64,000 nucleotides of DNA from Hemiscyllium ocellatum (lineage: Eukaryota). Position 1 is the first letter of the stretch. Each line of letters starts with the position of its first letter. Below are positions 13,370 to 24,729 of this stretch, piece by piece. The DNA is taken from contig NC_083435.1 of the NCBI RefSeq assembly GCF_020745735.1, positions 36,605,090 through 36,669,089 on the forward strand. Direction: 5' to 3'. The notes below the pieces were generated by a model. The model made no database searches and was not told the origin of the DNA. It saw only the letters and a list, made by a program, of their open reading frames with translations. Both the position numbers and the translations under genes were made by a program.

Positions 13370-15060
13370 GAGTCATAGAGTCACAGAGATGTACAGCATG
13401 GAAACAGACCCTTCGGTCCATCCCGTCCATGCTGACCAGATATCCCAATCCAATCTAGGCCCACCTACCAGCACCCGGCCCATATCCCTCCAAACTCTTC
13501 CTAAACATATATCCATCCAAATGCCTTTTAAATGTTGTAATTGTAGCAGCCTCCACCACTTCCTCTGGCAGCTCATTCCATAGACATACCTCCCTCTGTG
13601 TGAAAAAGTTGCCCCTTAGGTCTCTTTTATATCTTTCCCCTTTCGCACTAAACCTATACCCTCGAGTTCTGGACTCCCCGATACCAGGGAAAAGACCTTG
13701 GGTATTTACCCTATCCATGCCCCTAATGATATTGTAAACCTCTATAAGGTCACCTCTCAGCCTCCAACACTCCCTGGAAACATCCTTGTAATTCTTTTCT
13801 GAACCCTTTCAAGTTTCACAACATCCTTCCGATAGGAAGGAAACCAGAATTACACGCAATATTCCAACAGTGGCATAACCAATGTACTGTACAGCCACAA
13901 CATGACCTCTCAACTCCTGTACTCAATACTCTGACCAATAAAGGCAAGCATAATAAACACCTTCTTCACTATCCTATCTACCTGTGACTGTACTTTCAAG
14001 GAGCTATGAACCTGCACCCCAAGGTCTCTTTGTTCAGCAACACTCCCTGGGACCTTACCATTAAGTGTATAAGTCCTGCTCAGATTTGTTTTCCCAAAAT
14101 GCAGCACTTCACATTTATCTGAATTAAACTCCATCTGCCACTCCTCAGCCCATTGGCCCATCTGGTCAAGATCCCATTGTAATCTGCGGTAACCTTCTTT
14201 GCTGTCCATTACACCACCAATTTTGGTGTCATCTGCAAACTTACTAACTATACTTCTTAAACTCACATCCAAGTCATTTATATAAATCATTTATATGAAA
14301 CGTAGTGGACCCAATCCTTGTAGCACTCCACTGGTCACAGGCCTCCAGTCTGAAAAACTATCCTGCACCACCAGCCTCTGTCTTCTACCTTTGAGTCAGT
14401 TCTGTATCCAAATGGCTAGTTCACCCTGTATTCCATGAGATCTAACCTTGCTAATCAACTTCCCATTGGAACCTTGTCTTACTGAAGTCCATATAGATCA
14501 CATGTACATCTCTGCCCTCATCAATCCTCTTTGTTGCTTATTCAAAAAACTCAATCAAGTTTGTGAGACATGATTTCCCATGCACAAAGTCATGTTGACG
14601 ATCCCGAATCAGTCCTTGCCTTTCCAAATACATGCACATCCTGTCCCTCAGGATTCCCTCCAACAACTTGCCCACCACCGAGGTCAGGCTCACCGGGCTA
14701 TAGTTCTCTGGCTTGTCTTTCCTGCCCTTCTTAAACAGTGGCACCATGTTTGCCAACCTCCAGTCTTCTGACACCTCACCTGTGACTATCGATGATACAA
14801 ATATCTCAGCAAGAGGCCCAGCAATCACTTCCCTAACTTCCCACAGAGTTCTAGGGTACACCTGATCAGGTCCTGGGGAGTTATCCACTTTTATGCATTT
14901 CAACACATCCAGCACTTCCTCCTCTGTAATAAGGACACTTTTCAAGATGTCACCATCTATTTCCCTACATTCTATATCTTCCATGTCCTTTTCCACAGTA
15001 AATACTGATGCAAAATACTTATTTAGTCTCTTCCCCATCTCCTGCAGCTCCACACATGGG
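13370..15060 (-). mobile_element. CR1-type LINE, 5'-truncated with internal deletions, 3' end at ~13370
   Basis: Minus ORFs 14538-15053, 13910-14290 (YINDLD..SKFADDTKIGG) and 13455-13718; tail ctctatgactct. Confidence 0.85.
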
Positions 15061-15616
15061 AGAAAATCTTCTTCAGCGCACTCTCACACTCTTGGACTTT
15101 ACTATTCTGTATCCTCCTGATATTCCCGTTTGGCTTAGTTCCTAATTTTGTTGTTTAAATACCTTTCCCCAATCCCACACTTCATATCATAGAAAACGAG
15201 AGAAGCTTTATGGCTGATTTCTTTACCCAGCAGTCTATGCGGTGGGGACTATCCCCTCCCAAGGTCACAGGGGAGTGGTGCACGGACACACTGACAGCCA
15301 ATGTTTGGAGCATGCCCAGTGTGATCAGTATACACACATAAACACATCTTGTTCCCTGTCTGATCTTCCTTTGTGTGATCGGCCCAGATCAGGTCTAATA
15401 TTGATCATTAAACCCATCACACACACTCTCATCCTCACTGACTGAATATTGATGGGATGAGAGAGATCTCCAGAATCTCCATAAAGTGTAAGGATGGAGG
15501 GGAGTGTGGGAATGAGGATTTCTGACACAATCTCCATCCCCTCACAGTTGTTGTGTTTTCACTCTCTGAGAATGGATTATTCCCCATTCTAATGGACATT
15601 TATTTTGTTCCTGCAG

Positions 15617-15649
15617 GTTCCCCAAGTGGGACCTACACAACAGCTCCCA
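15617..15649 (+). CDS. Orphan MHC class I cytoplasmic-tail exon (exon 6 equivalent), GSPSGTYTTAP
   Basis: Flanked by tattttgttcctgcag| and |gtaagt. Exactly 33 nt, phase 1-1, like HLA exon 6 (GKGGSYSQAA), with the conserved Tyr. Other exons of this gene were not seen. Confidence 0.55.
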
Positions 15650-16038
15650 GTAAGTGAGTGAGGGGACAGAGTGTTGAGAATGATGGGAGAGGGATTGGAA
15701 GGTGGAGAGTTAAATTTCCTGGGAATTACTCAGGAGTGGAATCCTCAACATCCAGATCCTCAGCCTGCAGTTGTTCCTTCTTTTGTCCTTGCTCTTCAAT
15801 CTCTCTTCCTCAATCATTTTTCATCCACTTGCTCACTGTCCAGGTCTTTCAGCATCCTCCCCTCAGCCGCAGCCCTCCCCACCCTCTCCCTCACCATGTT
15901 CTGGGGTATGTGAGGTGGGACAGTGCTGTGCCTTTAAGAGATGCGTTTTGTCCTGTTTCTCTTGCAGAGGGCTGTTGTCACACTGGGACCGAAATGTCTC
16001 ATTCAGACAAGCAGGTGGTGAACAGCTTTCAATCATGA

Positions 16039-16440
16039 GTGGGTGGGGCCGGGCTGGGTGGGGCTGGGGTGGGTGGGGCTGGGCTGGATGGGTGGGGTCG
16101 GTTTGGGTGGCTAGGGCCAGGGTGGGTGGGCTGGGCTGGGTGGGTTGGGTGGGCAGGGGCCGTGCTGGGTGGGCGGGGTGGCTGGACTCAGGCTGGGTGG
16201 GCTGGGGAGGCTGGGGTCGGGCTGGGTGGGCTGGGGTGGGTGGGGCTGGGCTGGATGGGTGGGGTCGGTTTGGGTGGCTAGGGCCAGAATGGGTGGGCTG
16301 GGCTGGGCTGGGTGGGCTGGGTGGGCAGGGGCTGTGCTGGGTGGGCGGGGTGGCTGGACTCGGGCTGGGTGGGCTGGGTAGGGTGGGGTCGGGCTGGGTG
16401 GGCTGGGTGGCTGGGGTCAGCTGGGGTGGGCTGGGTTTGG
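16039..16440 (+). repeat. G-rich GGGCT/GGGGT pentamer-type minisatellite with ~167-bp internal duplication
   Basis: The block gggctggatgggtggggtcggtttgggtggctagggccag occurs at 16081 and 16248. Confidence 0.85.
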
Positions 16441-17400
16441 TGAAGTCTTTGCTGGCTGCTGGAGCTGAAAACTTGAGTTCTCTGCTGCTGGAGTGAAACC
16501 TTCGACAGAGAGGCTTCCTTTCAGGAATCAACCTGGACAAATGTTTCTTTGGGTGTTTCCTACAACTGAGCTGGAGAGAGATAGCATGTGAGAACAACAA
16601 CTTCTGCTGAATTTCATTTGTCAAGAGTTTAAGGGATGCTTTTAAATATATCAATCGGATTAAAGTTATGCCTTTCTTTTGTATTTTAACTGTACTGTAA
16701 AAATAAAGTGTGTTTTGTTTAAAGCCGAGAGATGGGCCAATCAAATCACATCTGGAACACAGCACCTTGACTTGCCTTTCAAGAAATATAAACGTTAGTG
16801 TCGAGGCAATTTCCATCATATACTTTGTGAGGGAACTGGTCTGATCTGTAATAAATTGAGATGTCTGGTCTGGAATCAGAACCTCCAACTCCAGGTTGGG
16901 TTCAGGAGGATTGTCCTCAAAGGCAGCAAATGGTGAGTGTTGGTATTCTCTTTTGACGTGTTGCATTCAGTTGGTTTGAATAGGGGTGTGTTGTATAATA
17001 ATGGCTGTTCTCAGAGGTTAAACGTTTCTGGGCTGTGGGGCAAGTAGTCCCTTGGGCTGGATTGCAGATGGTGAATAATGGAAAGCTTTTGGAGTTGGCA
17101 GATGAGCTACAGTTACCTGCAGATGTGAGGGAGATAATGGCAGTGAGAGCTCTGCATTTCTGGCAAATGTAGGTGCTCTCAGAATCGTTGGAAATGGTTA
17201 AACTTCAATTGCACATGAAGCATCTAATAATACAGGCAACAGTAAAAGAGAGAGAACATTGCAGTAGAACAAAGAGCAAAAAAATTAGACCAGCTTGAAT
17301 ATGAAAAGGAAATGAAACAGTTTGCATTCCAGTTGCAAGCAGAACAAAAAGAGAAAAAGGATATTGTCTTTTATAACTGATGACTGAAAAAGTAAAATAC
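16440..17400 (+). mobile_element. Gypsy LTR 3' part with degraded PBS and gag 5' remnant
   Basis: aataaa, then ctggtctgatctgtaata|aattgagatg at the LTR end/PBS. It is followed by KLLELADELQL-type gag and an E/K-rich coiled-coil stretch resembling 9240-9700 on the minus strand. Confidence 0.5.
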
Positions 17401-17454
17401 TATTATCAACATATTTAAACTCTCTTGTTTTTACTAATGCTGACTGGCTTATAG

Positions 17455-17655
17455 AGTCATCGAGATGTACAGCACGGAAACAGACCCTTCGGTCCATCCC
17501 GTCCATGCTGACCAGATATCCCAACCCAATCTAGTCCCACCTGCCAGCACCCGGCCCATATCCCTCCAAACCCTTCCTTATTCATATACCATCCAGATGC
17601 CTCTTAAATGTTGTAATTGTACCAGCCTCCACCACTTCCTCTGGCAGCTCATTCC
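17455..17655 (-). mobile_element. CR1 3'-terminal fragment
   Basis: tagagtcatcgagatgtacagcacggaaacagaccc, near-identical to 13375-13580 and 49195-49400. Confidence 0.8.
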
Positions 17656-18404
17656 AAGCTTGATGTGAATTTGCATTATTTTCTATCGTTAATTGGAGAT
17701 AGAATACAGTTGTGTTGTTTAATCAGTGTGTATGAATGTCAAAAGGAAATCAATAGCTAACTATTGAAGTAAATAGAAACTGTAACAGTCTTCTGTGTAA
17801 TACAGACAGGTAAATCATAATTTGAACAGGGCTATTTAAACAGATGTATTAGCATTTCACAGGTTTTATGTTTTCTCCAAATTAGTTTGCAGATTATAAA
17901 TGATGTCACGAGTGACCAATAAGTGGACAATATGTGACCTGTGACAACATTATGTTGTTACCCTCGGAAATCATTGTGCAAAACAATCTGACAGCAATTA
18001 TTCAAAATTCCAATTCCAGGCAACAAATCCTAAATGGCTGCAATTAGTTAAACCTTCGATAAGATTTACAGTCAATTTTCTATGTCCTCTTAGTGACTGA
18101 AAAGAAATGAATTTTATTCAGTTGACAATCTTATTTCATCCAGTTTATTTTAATCTTTGCAAACAATTGAATTCCTGAATGAAGCAGTGCAGAGTCAGGC
18201 TTGTGGTTTTGGGTGAGTCAAAAATGATCAAGGAACAACTATAATAACTCTTTTTTTTATTCAGACTGTTTAATTGGCCAGTTTAATTTTTTTTTACTAA
18301 ATATAGTAATTGGTTTCCTCTGTGGGCAGTATCTCCATACACAGAAAATCTGATCATTGAAATGATGTTTAAAAATATTTAATAAACCAACTTTGATTCT
18401 ACAG

Positions 18405-18469
18405 GTATTGAACAAGAATCTGACCAAAGATCCTCACTAAATATAATGTTCTCCACCAAAATGTGCTGA
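18405..18469 (+). CDS. Candidate terminal cytoplasmic exon of the upstream class I gene ((S)IEQESDQRSSLNIMFSTKMC*)
   Basis: Acceptor ctttgattctacag|. Phase-1 compatible with the 15617 exon, Ser-rich, with AATAAA at 18576. Speculative; an alternative candidate is 15968-16038. Confidence 0.25.
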
Positions 18470-19540
18470 GGGGTTAGGGTGAGGATTGAAAACATTGGAG
18501 GGCAGAGGAGGTGGAAGCCACAGCATTTGCAAGGTAGTGAAGGAGTGCAGGCTTAGAAAATCAGCAAATACAATCAATAAAGTTGAAAGTTAGGAGTATG
18601 AGGATAAGGAAAGGAGATGAAGAAGCAGCGGTCGAAAGCTAGTTCTTCCAAATATACATAGAACATAGAACAATACAGCACAGAACAGGCCCTTCGGCCC
18701 CCGATGTTGTGCCGAACATTTGTCCTAGCTTAAGCACCTATCCATGTACCTATCCAATTGCCGCTTAAAGGTCACCAATGATTCTGACTCTGCCACTCCC
18801 ACAGGCATCACTCTCTGGGTAAAGAACCTACCCTGACATCCCCTCTATACTTTCCACCCTTCACATCAAATTTATGTCCCCTTGTAACACTCTGTTGACC
18901 CGGGGAAAAAGTCTCTGTCTACTCTATCTATTCCCCTGATCATCCTATAAACTTCTATCATGTCACCCCTCATCCTTCGCCGTTCCAATGAGAAAAGGCC
19001 GAGAACTCTCAACCTATCCTCATACGACCTATTCTCCATTCCAGGCAACATCCTGGTAAATCTCCTCTGCACCCTCTCCAAAGCTACCACATCTTTCCTA
19101 AAGTGAGGCGACCAGAACTGCACACAGTAATCCAAATGTGGCCTTACCAAGGACCTGTACAGCTGCAACATCACCTCACGACTCTTGAGAATTCCATCCC
19201 TCTGCTAATGAATGCTAATACACCATAGGCCTTCTTACAAGTTCTATCCACCTGAGTGGCAACTTTCAAAGAGCTATGAACATAGACCCCAAGATCCCTC
19301 TGCTCCTCCACCTTACTAAGAACCCGACCGTTAACTCTGTATTCCGCATTCTTATTTGTCCCTCCAAAATGGACAACCTCACACTTGACAGGGTTGAACT
19401 CCATCTGCCACTCCTCAGCCCAGCTCTGCATCATATCTAAGTCCCTTTGCAGCCGACAACAGCCCTCCTCACTATCCAAAACTCCACCAATCTTCGTATC
19501 GTCTGCAAATTTACTGACCCAATCTTCGACTCCCTCTTCC

Positions 19541-19771
19541 TGACCTCTCCGCCCCCACCCCACTCCAGCCTATCACCCTCACCTTGACCTCCTTCCACCT
19601 ATCCCACCTCCATCGCCCCTCCCCCAAGTCCCTCCTCCCTACCTTTTATCTTAGCCTGCTTGGCTACTCTCTCTCATTCCTGATGAAGGGCTTATGCTCG
19701 AAACGTCGAATTCTCTATTCCTGAGATGCTGCCTGGCCTGCTGTGCTTTGACCAGCAACACATTTTCAGCT
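19541..19771 (+). mobile_element. Young PLE terminal-repeat fragment inserted in CR1, 13-bp flanking direct repeat gactccctcttcc
   Basis: Near-identical to the reverse complement of ~33220-33450. The direct repeat is at 19528-19540 and 19772-19784. Confidence 0.8.
19676..19711 (+). ncRNA. Minimal type I hammerhead ribozyme motif (PLE terminal repeat)
   Basis: ATTC-CTGATGA-A-GGGCTTATGCTC-GAAAC-GTC-GAAT: core boxes, stem II, palindromic ACGT stem III, and ATTC/GAAT stem I. Confidence 0.7.
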
Positions 19772-21585
19772 GACTCCCTCTTCCAAGTCATTAATAAAAA
19801 TTACAAACAGCAGAGGACCCAGAACTGATCCCTGTGGAACTCCATTTGTAACTGGTCTCCAGGCTGAATATTTACCATCTACCACCACTCTCTGACTTCG
19901 ACCGGTTAGCCAGTTCTCTATCCAACTGGCCAAATTTCCCACTGTCCCATGCCTCCTGACTTTCCGCATAAGCCTACCATGGGGAACCTTATCAAATGCC
20001 TTACTAAATGCCTTATCAAATGCCTTACTACATTTTGGACGATAACCTGGTGTTGTGCAATCTTTTAGATTGGGTTGCAGGTTTCAGAGGGTCCCAGACT
20101 ATGGGCCACAAAATCTTCTTGATGGAGCAACACCGCCACCTGCTGCCTAACAACGGGATTCCATGGGTTTGTTCATCTCCTGCATTACCGGCGGTGGACA
20201 GTTGGTGGCGGTATTGTCCGTCTTTCACCATTCAAACCCACACAATGGAGTTAATGTACTTCTTTCAAGCCACCGCACTGCCATCGTTGATTATGATGCA
20301 TCTCTCTAAACACAATTTGTCAAATAAAAAACAGACATTCTACAGACATGATCCTGAACTTCCAGTCACATCGTTTTAATTGTCCCAATCTCACTTCAAC
20401 TTCGATTTGAACAAATCAGATTTACAAATGCCACAGGGACATATAATAGGACAGCAAATTATTGCAGCTACTGGAAACCTGAAATATAAATTCAAAACTC
20501 TGGAAATCCCCAGCAGGTCAGGCAGTATCTGTAATGAGAAAAAGACAGTCAAGGTCTCAGGTTCAACATCTGCACCAATCCTGAAGAAGGGTCTTGTTTC
20601 TCCCTGCACAGATACTGAGAGACATGCTGAGCATTGTCAACACTTGGCATTTCTCCTGGAGCAAAACAACCTGTTTGTCCATCCTGCAAAAAGCCATCAG
20701 AGCTCCTCATTCTCCAACAGCAAGAAACCCAGAGGCAGCTGCTTGAGGTCTCGTTTAGCACAATTTTAAACTTTAATTTTATATCATGTTAATGTATGAA
20801 GTAAACATTCACAACTTGCTCAGCAATCAAACTAGACAAAGCATTACATTGATAGCTTGTTACAAATTGAGTAATTGATAAAAATAACCAATGAAATGTG
20901 TGAAGGTGCAGAGCGAACTAAAAATCTTTCTTATCATTTTGCTTAAGAAGCAGAGCTGGAAGGGGACAGCCTGAGGCTCAGATCTGGGTCATCAGGGAGG
21001 GGGAGGAGATTCAATAAGGAGTTGGGTTTAAGTAACGCTGAGTTGACATTCTCCTCTGGTGGTGCACTCTCTGAGCTGCTGTCGATGGAATTCATACAAA
21101 AAAAGGTGTAGGAAGTGGTTTTCCCTCCCACCTGGGTTTTCTCCCCCTCCTGGTCCAGGGTTCACACAGTGGGTCACACACCAACAGTCCCCTACTCCCA
21201 CATTATACCATTGTGAAGGAGAAGGTTGATTGGGGAGATGGTTGACTCAGGGCCTCACACCAGCCAGAAACAGTCCATTTTTAATTTTCTTGAAATAGTG
21301 TACACGTGGTCAGGTCAAGTTCAAATGAAAAATAATTCTGGTAACTTACTGGGAATATACTTGATAAGAGCATTGCAAGTGTATCACAGAAATACAACAT
21401 TTGCTGTCACCAAAACAGAGAAAATGAGTTTGTAAATTAAACAGAAAGCGAGGAATGAAGAAATATGAAGAGCTAATAATGACATTGATCGGCCAACGAT
21501 CATCACTATTATTCATGGTCAGTATTCAGTTATGTTTCAATCATCAATCAGATAATTAGTGAATTACAAACAGGAAGGACCTAAA

Positions 21586-21810
21586 AGAGAAATATTCAAA
21601 TGGTCACCGTCCACTCGTGATAGAGAGATATTGGAATGGTCACCGTCCACTCGTGATGGAGAGATATTGGAATGGTTACCGTCCACTCGTGATGGAGAGA
21701 TATTGGAATGGTCACCGTCCACTCGTGATAGAGAGATATTGGAATGATCACCGTCCACTCGTGATAGAGAGATATTGGAATGGTCACCGTCCACTCGTGA
21801 TAGAGAGATA
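21586..21810 (+). repeat. 36-bp tandem minisatellite, ~6 copies (gagagatattggaatggtcaccgtccactcgtgata)
   Basis: Unit starts at 21601, 21637, 21673, 21709, 21745 and 21781. The paralog has a single unit near 57060. Confidence 0.95.
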
Positions 21811-22501
21811 CTTTTGAATCAGGGTGTATGGATATATTGTGAAACCTATGGAGCAGCTGAGCATTCTGGGATATGACCATTGCCTCACAAGAGCCCAACT
21901 CATTCTGTGTAATCTGTGATGAACAGATTGAACAACTAGAAAAAAATTTAAAATATTGCAGTAATCTGTGGATGTTGTACAGGAGGTAATAGGCAATTTA
22001 AAGAAATTTACCCTCATCTCCATTCAGCCAGGCTCAGGGGAAGAGATTTCACAGCCCCACGCAGGGAGAGGGTCCTTGTAAATAACACACAGAGTCCGAT
22101 CGTGGGTCAGTTCCTGTGGGAGGCTGACAGAGTGGTCACGGACAGACATGGACTACATCCCCCAGAGTGCAGCCTGTGATCAAAATAAATGACCACATGG
22201 AACGGGGCTGTCATTCCAGGACAGTGGGAATGTGAGAGCTGGAATTCTGACCTGGATCAGAGAGCCTGTTCCTTATCTGCTCCAGGTTGGGGTGTGAGAA
22301 AGGTGTGAGCTACTAGAGAAAGAGTCAGTGCTGCCTGAGTCTGGGACCCTCTGACAGCACAGACCCTGGGGATCAGCACCGTGTGTGACCCCCCTCACCC
22401 TGGGCCTGACTCAGGATCCCCATTCACCTTTGATCAGATTGTTTCTCAGTTTCAGTTAAGAATTAATGATTGATCCTTGATTCTTATTGGGTTAGTGACA
22501 G

Positions 22502-22777
22502 GAATTCACACCTTTCAATGGTTTATTACTGTTGAGGTCAGTGATGGCGGCTCTGTGAAGGGATCGATGAGATTTGGAGCCAATGGAAAGGATTATATCA
22601 GTTTAGACCCAGACAGAATGAGATGGATCGTAACCAATCCCATTGCAGTGAAGACAAAAGAGGAATGGGATTCCGATGAATCCTGGAACAATTACTGGGA
22701 AACACAGCCGCATGGACAGTTTGTTGAGCATTTGAAGAGATATTTGCAAGCTGGAAAGCAGGACTTTGGAAGGAAAG
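22502..22777 (+). CDS. MHC class I-like heavy chain, alpha2 exon, copy 1 (nonclassical)
   Basis: gacag|...aaag|gtgtgt; 276 nt, phase 1-1. GIHTFQWFITVEV..NGKDYISLDPDRMRW..TKEEW..FVEHLKRYLQAGK aligns by eye to class I alpha2. Confidence 0.9.
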
Positions 22778-22894
22778 GTGTGTATTTCAGTTTTGATCCC
22801 ATGTTCTGATCTAACCTCACTGATCTATGAAACCGTTCTCCCATTCCATTCAGTGTCTGTCTGTTGTTTGTGTTTTCCCCCTTTCCCATCACAG

Positions 22895-23166
22895 TTCAGC
22901 CTGAAGTGTTCATCTCCAGGAGGGAGCCCAATGGTCAGGACAAGCCGCTCACTCTCTCCTGCCTGGTCACTGGGTTTGATCCTGTAGACATCGAGGTGAC
23001 CTGGCGAAGGAATGGAGAGGTCATGTCTGAGACCCAATCCTCAGGGGTTCGACCGAACCACGATGGGACCCATCAGATCCAGAAAGAGATTGAGATCAAT
23101 GCTGGGGATGAGGATCAATACTCCTGTCAAATTGAACACAGCAGCCTGGCAGAGGCCCAGCTCTAT
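22895..23166 (+). CDS. MHC class I-like alpha3 (Ig C1-set) exon, copy 1; 3' end lost in assembly gap
   Basis: Acceptor tttcccatcacag|. VQPEVF..LSCLVTGFDPVDIEVTW..NHDGTHQI..YSCQIEHSSL. Confidence 0.9.
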
Positions 23167-23301
23167 NNNNNNNNNNNNNNNNNNNNNNNNNNNNNNNNNN
23201 NNNNNNNNNNNNNNNNNNNNNNNNNNNNNNNNNNNNNNNNNNNNNNNNNNNNNNNNNNNNNNNNNNNNNNNNNNNNNNNNNNNNNNNNNNNNNNNNNNNN
23301 N
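23167..23301. other. Assembly gap (135 N)
   Basis: Run of N. Confidence 1.
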
Positions 23302-24710
23302 CAGGGTTCCCCAGCAGAAAATGAAGTGCTGTCCTTCCAGCTTGTGCTGAGCTTCCCTGGTGCACTGCAGCAAGCCTGAGACAGAGATGTTGCCCAGGGA
23401 ACAGGGTGCTGTGTTGTAGTGATAGGAACTGAAATCTCCAGGTCGTTTTTGTGACGCGAGCATGGGGTTGTGTGGAGCAGTCACCCAGTGTCCGCTTTGT
23501 TTCCCCAATGTAGAGGGGACCACAGTCTCAGCAGTGAATACAGTCACCGGGATTGTGTGGAATGCTTCACCTGGAAGGTGTGTTTTGATTCTGGGATACA
23601 GAGGACAGTGGAAGTAAATGGGTAGGTGACACACCTTCTGCCATTGCAGGGAAAAGTGCTGTGTTGCTGTGGGGGGAGGGGGATGTGGAGGTCAGTGGGG
23701 GGATTGGGGAGGGGGTTGGGAGTGAAGAAGGAATGGACTAGGGTTTCTGAGAGGGATTGGCCCCTCTAGAAGGTAGGGAAGGGTCAGGCAGTGGGATGTG
23801 GGTTTGGTGCTGGCATCCTGCTGGAGGTGGAAATGGCAGCTAATGATCCTCTGGAAGTAGATGGTGGTGGGACGGTGGGTGAAGACAAGGGGACCCTATC
23901 ACTGTTGTGGGAAGAGGGGGGGGGTGAGGGCCGAAGTGTGGGAGATGGGTCAGACCCGGCCAACTGTCCTGTCAACCACGGTGTTGGGAATTCCTCAGCT
24001 GAGGAAGAAGATGGATATTGCTGAGGCCATCTTGTCAAAGTTGGCATCATTCAAACAGATGCAGTGGAGACAAAGTCACTCAGAGAACAGGACAGTCTTT
24101 ACAGGAAGCAGGATGTGAGGGTGTCCAGTCAAGGGACCTGTGGGACTCGGTGGGTTTGCAGTGGGTATGGTCACCAGGCTCTCCCAGAAATGGAAACAGG
24201 TGTTAAGGAAGGGAAGGGAGGAGTCAGAGATGGACCAAGTGAGGGGGAGAGCAGGGTGGAAACTGAAAGGGAAATTGATAAACTTGATAAACCAATTCTG
24301 GACAAGGGAGGGAAGCAGCATTGGTGATATCATTGACATACCGGAGGGACAGTTGTGATGGAGGCCAGAATAAGGGTGGAACAAGGAATGTCCCAAGAGG
24401 CAGGCATGTGGATATGTCTGGTACACATACCTTTGACCTGAAGAAAGAGTTGAGGGAAGTTTTAAGGACAGGCTTGGCCAGGAGGAGGGTGGTGATGGAT
24501 GGAGATGGTTCCGACCATTTTACCAGGAAGACTAGGAGAGCCCAGAGACCATCCTGATTGGGGGGTGGACGTGTACAAGGGGACGATACATCCAAGGTGA
24601 AGGGGAGGTGGCCACAGCCCATGAACTGGAAATTCTGAAACTGACATAAAGCAGAGGAATGGCGGGTGTAAGGGGGAAGGGACTGGACAAGGGCAGATCA
24701 CAAAACAAAG
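23302..24710 (-). mobile_element. Old degraded Penelope-like element fragments
   Basis: Patchy similarity to 33800-34700 (e.g. cagatgcagtggagacaaag versus cagatgcggcggagacgaag). Confidence 0.55.
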
Positions 24711-24729
24711 TTGAGGAAGGATAAGATGG

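Larger units (their letters stand above)
18660..20000 (-). mobile_element. CR1-type LINE RT 3' half, interrupted by a PLE fragment
   Basis: Minus ORFs 19766-19969, 19171-19563 and 18872-19174 carry contiguous CR1 RT motifs; tail catagaacatagaa. Confidence 0.85.
20400..23166 (+). repeat. Segmental duplication copy 1 (paralog of ~55631-58134) carrying MHC I alpha2-alpha3
   Basis: Collinear from ttcgatttgaacaaatcagatttacaaatgcc to the end of alpha3. Confidence 0.9.

Noticed and set aside
16039-16440. Resemblance to immunoglobulin switch regions (GGGCT/GGGGT)
   Set aside because: AGCT motifs are nearly absent, the array is short, and no Ig constant exons are nearby.
15863-16966. 367-aa Pro/Gln/Thr-rich ORF on the minus strand and Gly/Trp-rich ORFs on plus
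   Set aside because: These are open only because the GGGCT array lacks stops; the ORF also runs through LTR sequence.
21586-21810. 36-bp repeats as a CRISPR array or a 12-aa repeat protein (EILEWSPSTRDR)
   Set aside because: The units are contiguous with no spacers, the context is eukaryotic and intronic, and the paralog has one unit.
22864-23379. ORF-track proteins reading through the N run
   Set aside because: Artefacts of translating across the assembly gap.
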